Assembly: GCA_021613535.1 (NCBI GenBank) | Contig: CP075492.1 | Span: 3,410,001-3,474,000, forward strand | Direction: 5' to 3' | Length of the DNA: 64,000 nt | DNA from: Adineta vaga | Lineage: Eukaryota > Animalia > Rotifera | Shown here: piece after piece, positions 23,686 through 36,300 of the stretch | Numbering within the stretch: position 1 is the first letter of the stretch | Layout of the letters: each line of letters begins with the position of its first letter | Translations under genes and position numbers: made by a program | The notes under the pieces: generated by a model | Told to the model about the DNA's origin: nothing | The model's database searches: none | What the model saw: only the letters and a program-made list of their open reading frames with translations

Positions 23686-26600
23686 TTATCTCACTATGTT
23701 TATAAGTCGTTGTCTCCAAGTGGTAATTGAGTGTTTGAATTGTCTCCTATAGAAAGTCGATGGTAAAACATATATTATAAAGATGAACGATGATGGAATG
23801 AATGCAATGAAATAACCACAAAGATATAACCAAGGATTTTGCGATGATTTAACACATTTTGATAATAATGAAACGAGAAAACGAGGAGATAATAGAATGA
23901 TTAATACAATGGGACTAACAACAAGTTGTTTGTGTTCATTGATTTGATTGAGTAATTGTTGTTTATAACTAAAATGAGTTCGAATAATCATTCGTTGACG
24001 AGTAATATTGACAATAATAAAAAGAGCGGAAAATAAATTCGCTGAAAATGGAACAACAAAATGAAAATATTGAACAATTATAGTGTACCATTCTACTGAT
24101 TGAGAATAACGAACTACACACCAAACACGTCGTTCTTCATAATCATCAAACAAATCACGATAAGCAAATTCATAACTCATTGAACTTAAAATAAGAAATG
24201 GTAATAGACAAAGTATCCATCGTGCAATACATCGACTTCTTTTCTTATTAAAATTAATTCCTTGAAAAACTGCAATTGCTCTTTCTATAGCTACACAGGT
24301 ATTAAGCCAATTACTCATATGTACGAAAAGACGAAGTAATGGCTCTAGTAAAATACAACCAACACGAAGAATTTGACGATTAATCGATGGATTCATATAT
24401 GTATATGTTACAAACCAAAATTTTATGATTAATATACTAACAGCAAGACTAGAAATAATTGATGATAATCGAAGATAAATTCCCGATCCTACTTTACGAG
24501 AATTATAATTTTCAAAAACTAAATAACTAAGAAAACTATTCAATAAACCAATAAGAAATAGAATCATAACAAAAGCTGCACTTAATTTCACTACCAATGA
24601 TTGATCATTTAATGTCTGATTAGGTCGAATTTCATAACGTAATAAATCATCTAATGTTAATCCAATACCTTTTGCATAAAATTGACATCGATCACCAAAA
24701 AAACAATCGTTACATAAACATAAAATATCATAAAAACACGTTGGTCGATCTTGTAAACATGTTCCACCATTTTCACAATAAACATTATCTTTACAAATGA
24801 AATTTATTCGATGATCTAATTGAAAACAATTACTATGATGTTCTCGAGTACATAAACACATGTAAAATTCATCAATAAAACATTGTAAATTCAAATCATG
24901 TTGACATGGAAGATGATAACTTTTCAATTGTTGAATTCGTGGTTTAGACAATAAGTTTTTATGTAAAAGTTCATTAATTGAAGGACATCGTTGTGCATGA
25001 CTAATCGATGTTGTTAAATTAGATGAATTGTCTGTTTGAAGTGCAGCTAAATAATAATCTTTAGCAGTTTTAACAAGAATCATTTGAAATGTGTGTTCAA
25101 CATATAAAAGAACATGACTCTGAAACATAGGCATCTTTTTCAGTATGGTTAATGTTGGTTCTGATTGTTCGAAATTAATCACATCGTATATATGAACAAG
25201 TAGATATGATGGAATTTCCATATTCTTCAGAGAAATTTCTATTCTATAATTGTTATATTCACATAATGGCCCAGAAAATTGTTCAGAACAAAGACATATA
25301 TAACTATCATTAACTCTTCTCTCATCGATGACAACACAGTGACCATTATTTTGACAATGGTCTGTTGGACACATTAGTTTAAGTCGACAAAATGAACCAA
25401 ATCTATTTTGAGGGCAAACACAGATTGGTCGATTTTGTATCGAACCAATACAGATTGAATTCGATGCGCACAGGCTACAGTCGATTGGAATATGACATCG
25501 TGCACCAGACCAACCTGAATAACATTTACAAAAGGAACGTTCTTCATTGTGATATTTCATACAAATACCATTCAAACATCGACGAGTACAATGAATAGAA
25601 TTGAATGTTCGAGAAATTGGAAGAGTTAAAAATGCTGTCACTCGATTAACCGGTAGAAAAATAAATGGAATTTTCAAATACCAACTTATCATATATACCA
25701 ACGAGTTCTTATCGAATGCATCAACACGTATATTGTACTTTTTTGAAGTATCCTTTCCTCGTTTTGCAAATAATAGATAGATATCTATAGGTTTACCACA
25801 ATATTCTTTCGATTCATAAGTAAATTGATGATATGAATGAATTTCTTGTCGATCATTATCATCTTCCATTAAAGTAACCATAATCGTATAAATAGTCGGC
25901 TGATTAACAGTTGCCAATACGAGAGTTAAACTAACACGTTGATTTTGATATTGACATCGATCACCATAATAAGTTGGTGGACAGAAACATAAACTATTGT
26001 AATTATTATTAATACCAAATCGATGATATACATGTACACCATAATTACAAGGATTATATTGTATAGAATTCTGGACCAATAATTCTCTCATTTCGATTTC
26101 AGCTTGATTTTCGTCAGAATTAATTTGAATAGTTGGCAAAGGTGGATAAACTAATGCAGTTTCTAATGAAAAGATATATAATCTGTATTAATAGTTCGAC
26201 ATAATACATTCTGCATATTGGAAAGATTATTCAAATCATCGACACCAGATAATCGTGAATGATCAGCACATAATTCTAAAAAATCTTTATACATGAGACA
26301 ATCTTCACCTTCTATACATTCCGTATTATTCCAATAACGGAATTTGTATGTTTCCAAGGTAATATTATTCATTTGAACGTATTGATATTTATCGGATGAT
26401 ACTCGACAACAATCAATGATTCCATTATTGATTGGATCGGCTGGTAGACACATCAATGAAAAATTCTCTGGTGAAATACAAAAAAGAAAATAACGTAAAA
26501 TAATCGGTTCTGTACAATTGTTTTCATCTTTTCCATCGAGACAATTTCGAAATCCATCACATCGTGTATAGATATTATTACATTGCCAATGTTCACAATC

Positions 26601-28182
26601 CGTTTCATCCGAATGATATTGTCCATTGATTAGTATCAAAGGTAAATCAATAATACGATCGCATATTTGATAAAATAAAATCTCATTAGGATTGATTTCT
26701 TTTGAAGAAGAACATATATTTCGTGAAACTAAAGGTGAACGACATTGTTTTTCATTTGAACATTGAAATCGAAATGTTTGATTTAATGAACAACTTAATT
26801 CAAATGCTTGTTCATCATCTTTTAAAAAACAATCATATATACCATCAACGAGTCGATATTTTGATATATATTTCGATGAATTTTTACAATGATATAATGA
26901 TGAATAATGAGAACTATTGATACTTTGATGATGTTGAGTTTTACAACCAATAAAATACGGTTTGATTGAATCGATAAGAGATTTCCAAGTCGTTAATTTC
27001 ACATTTGAGTCAAGACCGGTTTCATTTCCATATCGGCAAGTTAAACCTTTATGGGGAAATGTCGGTTTGAGAAAGTCACATAATTGCTCATCATAACAGA
27101 CATAATCTGGTTTAAGAACGAATGTTCTATTAAAATTGTCAATTGTTTTTCGAAAATATAAAAATCGTACATGACCAAAAAGTACAGGTATATCGGGAAA
27201 TTTCAAAGGAAAATCACAATTTTGAAAATCTTCAATAATCTGAGATGATTGCATAAAATGATCACATGATATATTTTCGATTTGATCAATAATTTTGCTA
27301 AGACAAACCATAACTATCCAGCATGAATAGGATAAATTCTTTTGTTCACTAATCGATTGAAATAATGTTAAATGTCGATTATTTATACATTCACCAAAAT
27401 CTTCTACACAATTTCCATCACCACATGAAAATTGTCCTTCATCAGGTCGACATACAAATTCTTCATATGATATATAATTTAAACTGAAAATATTCTGTCT
27501 AATAATCTCATCCGATCTATCAAGACATTGTACGCCAACAAATTCCATGTCTAGAAAGATTTTTGGGATACACAATCCTATATGACATCGATATTCATTT
27601 TCATCACATTGATTGATTTCTAAATTAAAACATCCAATTTCATCAACACCATCATTTAAACATTCGATTCGACCATTACATATTCTCACGCCAATCGAGA
27701 CATATCGACGGACTATTACGATTACATTCTAAAAGAATATAACATGTTTGTTGAACTGTATTTGATATTAATTCATCATCCGGAAATTCTAATGAATATT
27801 GACAATGAGATCCAAACCATGGTTTTGTACAATTGAAAAATTTTTCATTCGATAAATTAGATTGAATAGGTTGATCAAGATAAAATTGATATTTTTCAGC
27901 TAAATTTATTGATAATGATCGTAAAAGAATTTTATCGGAGGTTATATTTAAATGATATAATTCATTAAAAGTTAAATATTGATCAGATATTTTAAGAATA
28001 TCAATCATCGTGTAGTTGTTTTCGTTATCTGGTCGTAAACAATATTTAACTATCTGAGAAAGAGAATACCCTACTGAATAATAATGCAAACAATCAAATC
28101 CAAATTGATCTGTATCATAGAAAATCGATTGTAGAACATTAAATATCCATAGAAAAGACATAACATGTAAAAACTTCCACAT
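23686..28182 (-). pseudogene. LDLa/EGF-GPCR paralogue split by two single-base frameshifts
   Basis: Three ORFs colinear with the 17244..21866 protein; +1 at ~27680 (GATTGGCGTGAGAATATGT versus paralogue GATTGGCGTGAAATATGT); -1 in a T run at ~26170 (adding one T gives FSLETALVYPPLPT). Confidence 0.8.
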
Positions 28183-28507
28183 TACTCAAATTTTGAATTT
28201 TAAACACTAATGACAATATATAGTTTAGAGATCATTCTAACACAACTTTCACAGTAAATATTTACTATTGTTTTATGACATTAATAGTGTTCACAATGGT
28301 ACGTGTGTTCTTTGTTTTTTCTTCAAGGAAACAATAGGCATGTCAAAATACAATAATGTGATCTGATTCTCGTTTCTAAAAACTGGCACGTTATCACTTC
28401 TGCTAATTATTCTTTTATTTCATGGTAAATGAATATCATACATGAAACATTTTAATTAGCATAAAAGAAAAAAAGAATTCGAAAGCGAATGATCGTAGAT
28501 ACCAACA

Positions 28508-28857
28508 TTAACAATGTTTAACGTTGGCCGAACAGCTGTTATCGAGCACATAAGCATACTTATTCTTGGATAATTCGATATGATACCATCTTCTTATTTT
28601 ACCCGCAATTCTTTCTGTTTCAAAGCAATCACATGGATAACGCTTGCTGGTTACAGCATATTCAGGTGTAATGCAACGTTTCGATGGACATGTAAAAATA
28701 GGAACACGTTGAAGACATATAAGAGGACCGGCCTGATTATATAAAAAGAAGAATATTCCGTATATTTAATTGTTCATTTATAGGACAAAAGTTTTACCTC
28801 GCATAGGGCCAGAGCAAGAGCTAAGATGATGAAAAGACGAGTAATATTAGAACACAT
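28508..28857 (-). CDS. Small secreted Cys-rich protein, SH3b-like (absent from the ORF track), 94 aa
   Basis: Exon 1 28857..28798 MCSNITRLFIILALALALCE (signal peptide); intron 28797..28733; exon 2 28732..28508 AGPLICLQRVPIFTCPSKRCITPEYAVTSKRYPCDCFETERIAGKIRRWYHIELSKNKYAYVLDNSCSANVKHC*. The gene model is read directly; the SH3b assignment is inference. Confidence 0.75.
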
Positions 28858-29500
28858 CTTTTGTTTTGGATTAAACTAATTCACAGTAATTTAAATCACT
28901 TCTTATATACATAAGTAAATCTATTGAATCATATGATTTCTTGTGGGAGTATTGGTATGTTGGAAAGTAATTTATTGCGTATCTCGTGAGAAGTGCAAAT
29001 GATGAGTAACATAATTTACGTCATTTTATCCTTTTCGATTGAGATAAAATCTCGCTTTCTGCAAGTCAACGCTATATCGTCAGTAAAAATGTTAGGACTT
29101 TGCTTTCTACAACCAATTTCTATTGAACTATCATATCATTCTTCTCTCGATCTAATTCATCATCCATCTGTTACTAATCGAAATATTAAGAATTTCATTA
29201 GATTGTCTTTGCCTTCACATTATCGATTCGATCGTTTGCTGTCTTTTGATCACATGCTGCTATTCGTTAAGAATGATGCAGTACACATTGTATGAATCAT
29301 CGATCATAAAAGATTACCAGATGATTTGATGACGATAATTTCCAACTTAGACTTTCTACTCTGGATGGATGTTATGATTATATGGCTTAAACAAGACAAG
29401 AATAGAATCATATTACTTTTATTCATTTGATACTTGATTCTTATTACATGAATTAATCTTTGGTCATCAAAAGTAGGCTTTATTTCTTTATGTCAGTGTT

Positions 29501-29565
29501 GTTGAGGGCGTGAGTGTGGATAGAGGAGAGATATTCGCAGCTTCGCCTACATTTACATCCTTGAC
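29501..29565. repeat. Telomere-like intergenic hairpin element
   Basis: GTTGAGGGCGTGAGTGTGGA...CCTACATTTACATCCTTGAC. Confidence 0.75.
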
Positions 29566-29721
29566 TATATGGTGCTATATCTTTCAAAAAGCAAATTATG
29601 AGAAACTGATAGACGTAAAGAATTAGTATGAAGATATAGTCATAAGTATTTATTAAAGATAGTAAGAGTAGACCAACAACAATATTTAAAAATGACAATG
29701 CAAATTAAACCATATTATAGT

Positions 29722-30045
29722 CTAATATTTTTCTACTGCAATACATTTTATTTTGCACGAACATGGAATATGACAACATTTCTCATTTTCTTTGCATCCA
29801 CCATCGTTTGTACAAGTTCTTTCGATCATTTGAGACATACAGACCATACGACGACACATTAAACCAAATGGTGGTTGAGGACATGTGCCTATATAGAAAC
29901 AAGATTTGACAGATGATTGCTTTACAATTAAAATCGATTTACCTTCATGCATAATTAAACCTCTATTAACCGATTGTGTGGATTGCACAACAATCAATAA
30001 AAAAGATCCGATCAACAATAAGATTGAAAGTTTCATAGATTTCAT
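29722..30045 (-). CDS. Secreted WAP (four-disulfide core) domain peptide
   Basis: Signal peptide; 54-bp in-frame intron 29942..29889; mature region HEGTCPQ...CRRMVC...CTNDGGCKENEKCCHIPCSCKIKC matches WAP spacing with an extra Cys pair. Confidence 0.82.
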   Translation of the reverse strand: MKSMKLSILLLIGSFLLIVVQSTQSVNRGLIMHEGKSILIVKQSSVKSCFYIGTCPQPPFGLMCRRMVCMSQMIERTCTNDGGCKENEKCCHIPCSCKIKCIAVEKY

Positions 30046-30202
30046 TTTAAAATGTTTTTAAATCCTCCTCTACAATGATAATATTGTTTTTATATATCGA
30101 TTATTTATCTTGAAAAGAAAAAATAACAGCTGGTGTATTTTTTATAAATGTTTTATCTGCATTGGAATACTTTAGACTTTTAACTTCATAGTAGAATACC
30201 TT

Positions 30203-30240
30203 GGATGTGGATGAGTTTTCTTTTGTCTCATACTTACACT
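30203..30240. repeat. Degenerate telomere-like hairpin element
   Basis: GGATGTGGATGAG...CTCATACTTACACT. Confidence 0.5.
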
Positions 30241-30427
30241 AACTCTTTTATCATGCTTTGTTTTGGTCAAATCTGGCTTCTTGAAATCAGATAGCGCTAT
30301 GTGTACTACATTCATCGTTATTGATTAATATATTTCGTTACTTTTTCTTTATTCTCTTATCGTTTATCATAAATAAAACAAGAGGTAACTGTGGGAACGA
30401 TTGTATTTCAATCTGACTTTCTCTCAC

Positions 30428-31078
30428 ATGATAAATCTATTAATTTCGACATTCGTATTGTGTTCTTCAGTTCTTTATTATTGTAATGCTTCATTTGTAG
30501 CAGTGTTTCTAACTGAAGACATAAAAAATTTGTTAAAAGACAAATTTCTTCGTTCTCATCAACGCTCATCTCCATATTTTGGCAACAGTGCTCATATATA
30601 TTGCAAACACAGTACCATTGAATTTAATTCAAGATCATATTTGACAAATAAATACAAAGCACATTATGGTGATAAACAAAAATTTATTATTTTAGCGTAT
30701 GCTGAAGATGAACATGCACAAACAATATTAGTTCATAGTGTTGACAATAATGATAATCATCCTTCCCTAAATGAATATCCTCATGTAACTCTTAGTGTTA
30801 GTGGTGTTGCACCTTATACACCAGTTTATTCGAATGATCTGTGGAAAAGATCGGTTGATGATGGAATAGTAGAGGTACAAATGGATGATTATGATAAACC
30901 ACGAACGATTTCAATGAAAAATCAGACTCATGAATGGGATGGAAAATTGCGCAGCTATGAAAAGTATGAGGAAACGCAAGTTTATATCAAAATTATCAAT
31001 GAATTAATTGAATTGAATGGAATTGTTTGTATGGATAGTTTATGGCAAAAGGATAAATGTAAAAGCCTTCATAAGTAA
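30428..31078 (+). CDS. Secreted 2H phosphoesterase, similar to the cyclic phosphodiesterase domain of Trl1-type tRNA ligases
   Basis: Signal-like MINLLISTFVLCSSVLYYCNA; two HxT motifs (KHSTI, PHVTL) followed by PVYSNDL. Confidence 0.65.
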   Translation: MINLLISTFVLCSSVLYYCNASFVAVFLTEDIKNLLKDKFLRSHQRSSPYFGNSAHIYCKHSTIEFNSRSYLTNKYKAHYGDKQKFIILAYAEDEHAQTILVHSVDNNDNHPSLNEYPHVTLSVSGVAPYTPVYSNDLWKRSVDDGIVEVQMDDYDKPRTISMKNQTHEWDGKLRSYEKYEETQVYIKIINELIELNGIVCMDSLWQKDKCKSLHK

Positions 31079-31145
31079 ATAAAAGGGATACGAGAGCGTA
31101 GGTGTATCATTTTTTCTTTATCTAAATACGAGAAAAATAAATAAT

Positions 31146-31280
31146 GATGCTTTCGTAGGATGCGTCAAACACAATTGAGTGTAATAAAATATATCAATGA
31201 TATAGCTTGGCAAAACAAATAGGAACCTCTTTGAAGAAATTGGAAACCAAGTGAACTCATTACTCTATTACAAATAGACT
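31146..31280 (-). pseudogene. Truncated, diverged duplicate of part of the neighbouring membrane-protein gene
   Basis: GATGCTTTCGTAGGATGCGTCAAACACAATTGA...CCAAGTGAACT aligns with 32150..32280. Confidence 0.8.
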
Positions 31281-31802
31281 TCAGCAATAGAAATGATTTT
31301 ACTAACGAAAAAAACGAAAGGTTATACTTTTGTAGGCATTATTACACAGGAATAACCTATATCTATATTCTAGTGATTGTATAGTCAGCATTAAGTATAG
31401 AAAGATACTCTGCATTTGATCTTTCTAAAATCATCATCTTGGGAAATGGCAAGAAGTGTATGGTCCATTTGCCGATTTGTCTGTTTTCGAGATTCTTTTA
31501 TTCACTGTATCAGCTGTCGCTAAGCAAAATGATATGGAGTTGCAGAGAAATGCCATGATACAGTTGGAAAAGAATTCCAAAGTGCACAAGAGAAGTTTTC
31601 ACGAATTGAGTATTAACTCATTGAGGATGAAACTTTTCTTAAAATACAAAAAAAACATGTGTCAGCGTATTTTTTTATTCTATTTTAATCCAAATTATAT
31701 ACATAAAATCTTTATAAGAACCAAGAAAGCATTCGTTTTTTTTATCTCTTAGAAGATACATAAAATATGTAAAACCGATTACGTGAATCATTGCGAAATA
31801 TT

Positions 31803-32711
31803 TCAGCAATGTTTACAAAGCTTTACTAAATCATGAATAACACCCACGATTAAATTAAAACCGATTAAAAGTGCTTTTGTTTTCAAAAAGAATTCCATCA
31901 AAGACGTAATCCATATGAATATACCGTAAATACCAGTTGGAACAACAGCTAAGCACAACAAAGCAAAGAATATGAATGACACATTTTCATGTTGACACGT
32001 TAGCATATCAAGACATTTCATCCAGACAATATCCTTTCGATATTGATGACGTCGTGAATCCCAACAAGCTAATGTCCATAGTACGAGATAGATTAAACTA
32101 CATAATGATATGAAAATGCCAATATAAGTATGATGAAGAATAAATAAGGATGCTTTCGTATGATGCGTCAAACATAATTGACTATAATCGAAAATATCAA
32201 TCAAATAGCTCGGCAAAAGAAATGAACCTTTTTGAAGAAATTGAGAACCAAGTGAACTAATAATTTTATTACAGATAGATTTGTTCTCTTCAAAATCTTC
32301 ATCATAAGTTGGATGATTAGAACAATGTTCTATTATTGTCAAAACTATATCAGATAAACTGAGTAGGACAGCTACGATGGTACTCAACCAAAAGACAGTA
32401 ATGAATAGAATATTTTGTCCTCCTTCTTTGCTAATAATATCTTTGTATACAGTTGTGACATCAAATGGAAATAGAGCATCGGCTGAACAATTTTCCGTGC
32501 TATTTACATTTGCTTTGACGATATAATAATTCGAAGTTGTATTTGGAACATGATGTACTGTGTAATCATCACGTTTTTCATATTTATCATAATCCAAAGT
32601 ATTTGAAACAATCAAATAACCTGTTAGACCAATATTGATCAGTATAACAATTGGAGAAATAATTTTTCGCACGAAAAAACTATGTTTAATACTATAGCAA
32701 CATCCAGTCAT
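31803..32711 (-). CDS. Uncharacterised multi-pass membrane protein (~302 aa, 4-5 TM)
   Basis: Intronless ORF; hydrophobic segments IISPIVILINIGLTGYLIV, ILFITVFWLSTIVAVLLSL, YIGIFISLCSLIYLVLWTL, FIFFALLCLAVVPTGIYGIFIWI; first loop has N-glycosylation sequons. Confidence 0.7.
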   Translation of the reverse strand: MTGCCYSIKHSFFVRKIISPIVILINIGLTGYLIVSNTLDYDKYEKRDDYTVHHVPNTTSNYYIVKANVNSTENCSADALFPFDVTTVYKDIISKEGGQNILFITVFWLSTIVAVLLSLSDIVLTIIEHCSNHPTYDEDFEENKSICNKIISSLGSQFLQKGSFLLPSYLIDIFDYSQLCLTHHTKASLFILHHTYIGIFISLCSLIYLVLWTLACWDSRRHQYRKDIVWMKCLDMLTCQHENVSFIFFALLCLAVVPTGIYGIFIWITSLMEFFLKTKALLIGFNLIVGVIHDLVKLCKHC

Positions 32712-32753
32712 TGTCACCAATTATTTCGTCACGACAATGTTTCTCGGATCGTA

Positions 32754-32860
32754 GAAATATTTAATAAAACAAAAAGTTTAGACATATCAAATTTTGATAA
32801 GATAAGAACAATAGTTCTTCTCTTTTTCTTTCCATGTGTGGGTATGAGAGTGAACAAGAA
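32754..32860 (+). repeat. ~100-bp direct repeat, copy 1 (copy 2 at 37911..38011)
   Basis: TAATAAAAC.AAAAGTTTAGACAT.TCA.ATTTTGATAAGATAAGAACAATAGTTCTTCT...CATGTGTGGGT.TGAGAGTGAA is shared by both copies. Confidence 0.9.
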
Positions 32861-32906
32861 AAAATAGAAGAATATTTATTCACTACGAGTACGCAGTTTT
32901 ATAAGT

Positions 32907-32970
32907 ATCTTGAGGGTGAAGGTATGGGTGAGCATATGTAAAGAAAAGATAAATCCTCATTCTCACTCAT
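32907..32970. repeat. Telomere-like intergenic hairpin element
   Basis: ATCTTGAGGGTGAAGGTATGGGTGAG...CCTCATTCTCACTCAT. Confidence 0.75.
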
Positions 32971-33360
32971 TATTTCACAATTCTCCCGTCTTCTCTTCAC
33001 TATTATGTTTCTTCAGCCAATAGATTCATGAACATATCTCTCGCGTCAAAATGTTCACCTTTTAACAGCTGTACACCACAAAAATTGTTCATGTTAAAAC
33101 AAATTATTATTATTCATCTTTTATTACTAAATATCTATAAAAATCATGAAGTCACGTACATAATCTCAACAGTGCATTATAAAAGTAAATTATATGAGAA
33201 CGATCTATCAGAGATTTTAATTCTGAGAGCGCGCACACATGAATATACACTTCATTTAAAATCAACAGAAAGAGTGATCGTTTCTTCTTCTCTGCATTAT
33301 ATTCTTCATTTTATTCATATAAGTATAGATTGTTCATAGTTAAGCTCACAAAAGAAAGAT

Positions 33361-36300
33361 ATGGTCAGAAATGAGGTTGTTCAGGAAGAAAATCACGTTT
33401 CAATAAATGAATTTTCATCTTTACCCATACCTTTGCGGATGAATCGACCAACTTTAATCAAGCGAACTTTTGCCAAAACCAAAACTTTCCTCGCCGAATT
33501 AAATTTATTTCCAACATATGAAGACGATGATTTCCATGAAACTCGTAATCAAATACTTTCAACCCGCATATATCTTATTGTATTAATACTTTCTGTAACT
33601 GGTCTTTTCATTTATACATCAACTGTATCAATTACAGAAACAATCATTATTAAACAACCTTTGTTTCGTCAATATGAAAAGCTCATTACTGAAAAAATTA
33701 ATCCTCAATGTCAATGTAAACAAACTTCGATTACTTTTAATCAATTTCTTGACATACAACCGCACTATCATTCAATCTGTTCGTCAGACTTTGTTAGCGA
33801 TCAATGGATTGATTTTCTCAGTAATTTAACTCGATTATCGAATCCAACACTCTCAGATTTCCGACGAACAGCTGTTTATTCTTTTCAATTTCTTCGATCT
33901 TTATGTGAACTAGCTGAAAAAACTATTAACGAAACTCTTCAACAACAATTACAAACTAAAATGTATGTTAGTTTGCATGTGAAAACTGAAGATGTTTTGC
34001 AAAATGAAATTGAATCATATATTAATACTATGGTTTCGACGGAAGAAATGAATTTTGTACAATTATTCAGGATTTTTTCTGATATGACATATTCACAAAA
34101 TTTGGCATCAACATTATCTACAAATCTAGTTCACTTTGTAGATCCAGATAATTCTTTTCCCGATGATGTTAGGAAGGTATCGAACATAGCTCGATCGTAT
34201 TATGATAAGAAAACACACACAAATTGTACATGTTACGTTTCGAGATGCTTTGAAGAATACAAAATTTTCGACATGAAAAACTTAACCCTACTTTTTACAA
34301 TTCCAAATTTTTATATCGGCTGTTTCATCGTTGATTCTTTATTCGAATCGACGCTGACTTGTTTCTATAATGAAACATGTATCAAAGAATTATTATTTCA
34401 TCTCAATTCATCGTTAATGTTTACTTCAATCAGTTTAAACATATCATCGACAGGATTATCAAGAATAAATGAAACAATCAATGAACTTGCCGGTCATTTG
34501 ATGGTCAACGAATGGAATAAAAGTATCGATTTTGATAAATATTATCGTTCATGTGAACCACTTCAATGTATTTATGCATATGATCATCGATTTGTTATTG
34601 CTTATATTATCGCTACACTATCGGGAATTATTAGTGGTCTAGTAACTGTCCTTCGATTATTAGTACCAAGAATTGTACGAATGATTAGAAATAGAAAGAA
34701 GGCTAACCGTGAAAGTAAGTATTTGATATATTTAATAGATATTTCATGCTCTCTACTCTGTGATTATATGAGTATAAATGAAAAAGAAGAAGTCGAGATA
34801 CTGATTTTTCATTATGCTTCATCGCCATAGAAATATATCATGTGTAATACTATTGCTACAGTGTAGTCACTCAGACCATTTTGTACAAGATTAAATTGAA
34901 GTTAAATATTGATTCTGATTTATTTCAGAAATTTCGATTCATCATTGGTTGATTGGACAAATTAAATCTTTCAATTTATTCAAATCGACTCCACTGTCAA
35001 CCGACTATGAAAGTCTTCGACTTCAAGTTATTTTCACATATATTTACATTGTTGTTTTCTTTGTCTCACTCATTTTTCTAATTATTTTTACAGCAATTTT
35101 GCCACAAACAATCATTGTTACAGTTCCATCACCATCTATTCAACAATTTGAACATTTAAGAAGTAGCCATGCCAATACTCTCATATGTGAATGTTCACAG
35201 ATTTCGATTGATTTACACACATTTCTTCAATTAACACCAAAACATCATCAAATCTGTTCAAGTGTATTTGTGACAAACACTTGGTATCGATATTTGACTA
35301 GCTTCGCTCAAAATTTTCCGCCTGAGACGCTTTTTCGCTCGTATGATTTTCGCATTACCAGTGGATTAAATGCTTTTCGCACATTGGAATTATTTTGTAA
35401 GACAAGTCATGAAATTATTGAAATTAAGTTAAAAAATCTGAAATCATCTACTTATATTACCAAAACAGTAGTAGAAAGATCTATTTTTCTCGAACAACAA
35501 CATCGTACTATTCAACTATTCAAAGATGATCTGTACTATATCAATTTCTTCTCTTTAGAACCATTTATGGATATTATGCAACACAATTCTCTCTATTCCA
35601 GATCACAATCAAATTATTATCCATTAATGTGGAAAGAGTCGTGGTCAGTACACATGGCGTATGAGTATCCGGCTACATGTCTTTGTTTTTACTATGGTAA
35701 ACGGTGTAGAACTGAGGCATTTATTTTCTATCAGCATCAATTAAATAATCATGACAATGCATCGGAATTTATAAGGGACTGGGAAGTGCCAGGTTTTTCT
35801 GATGGATGTTATCCATTTTGGGGTGCAATACATTCGAGATTGTTCTGTTTATATAATGAGTCATGTTTAGTTGAATTAATTGAGTATGTTCAAGGAACAT
35901 TCCAAATGAATATTAGTGCATTAAAAGAGCATTCATCTTCATCGATATTCAATTCATCAACATTTATCATGGATTTAGTTAAAGAATTGATGGTTGAACA
36001 ATGGGATCAAAACATCATTTATGAACATTATTATGAAAAATGTCAACCAAAACAATGTATTTATACATATGTAAAACAACTCCATATCGGTTATATGATT
36101 TCAATCATTCTTGGTATTATTGGTGGTTTATCATTATCATTACGAATAGCTGTACCATTTGTAATAAAATCAATCAGGAAAATATGGATAAAATTAAGAA
36201 ATAAAGGAGATGAAGACGATCAAACGAGTATGTTTTTGACATTTAGCAGTTTCCCATTCGAATCAGATCAATAAGATGGTATAGCCTTTTTTTCTCTTCA

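Noticed and set aside
29480-29698. 72-aa ORF with a hydrophobic N-terminus and Cys residues
   Set aside because: Non-ATG start, lies in the WAP 3' region, and its Cys-containing end is just the hairpin element translated
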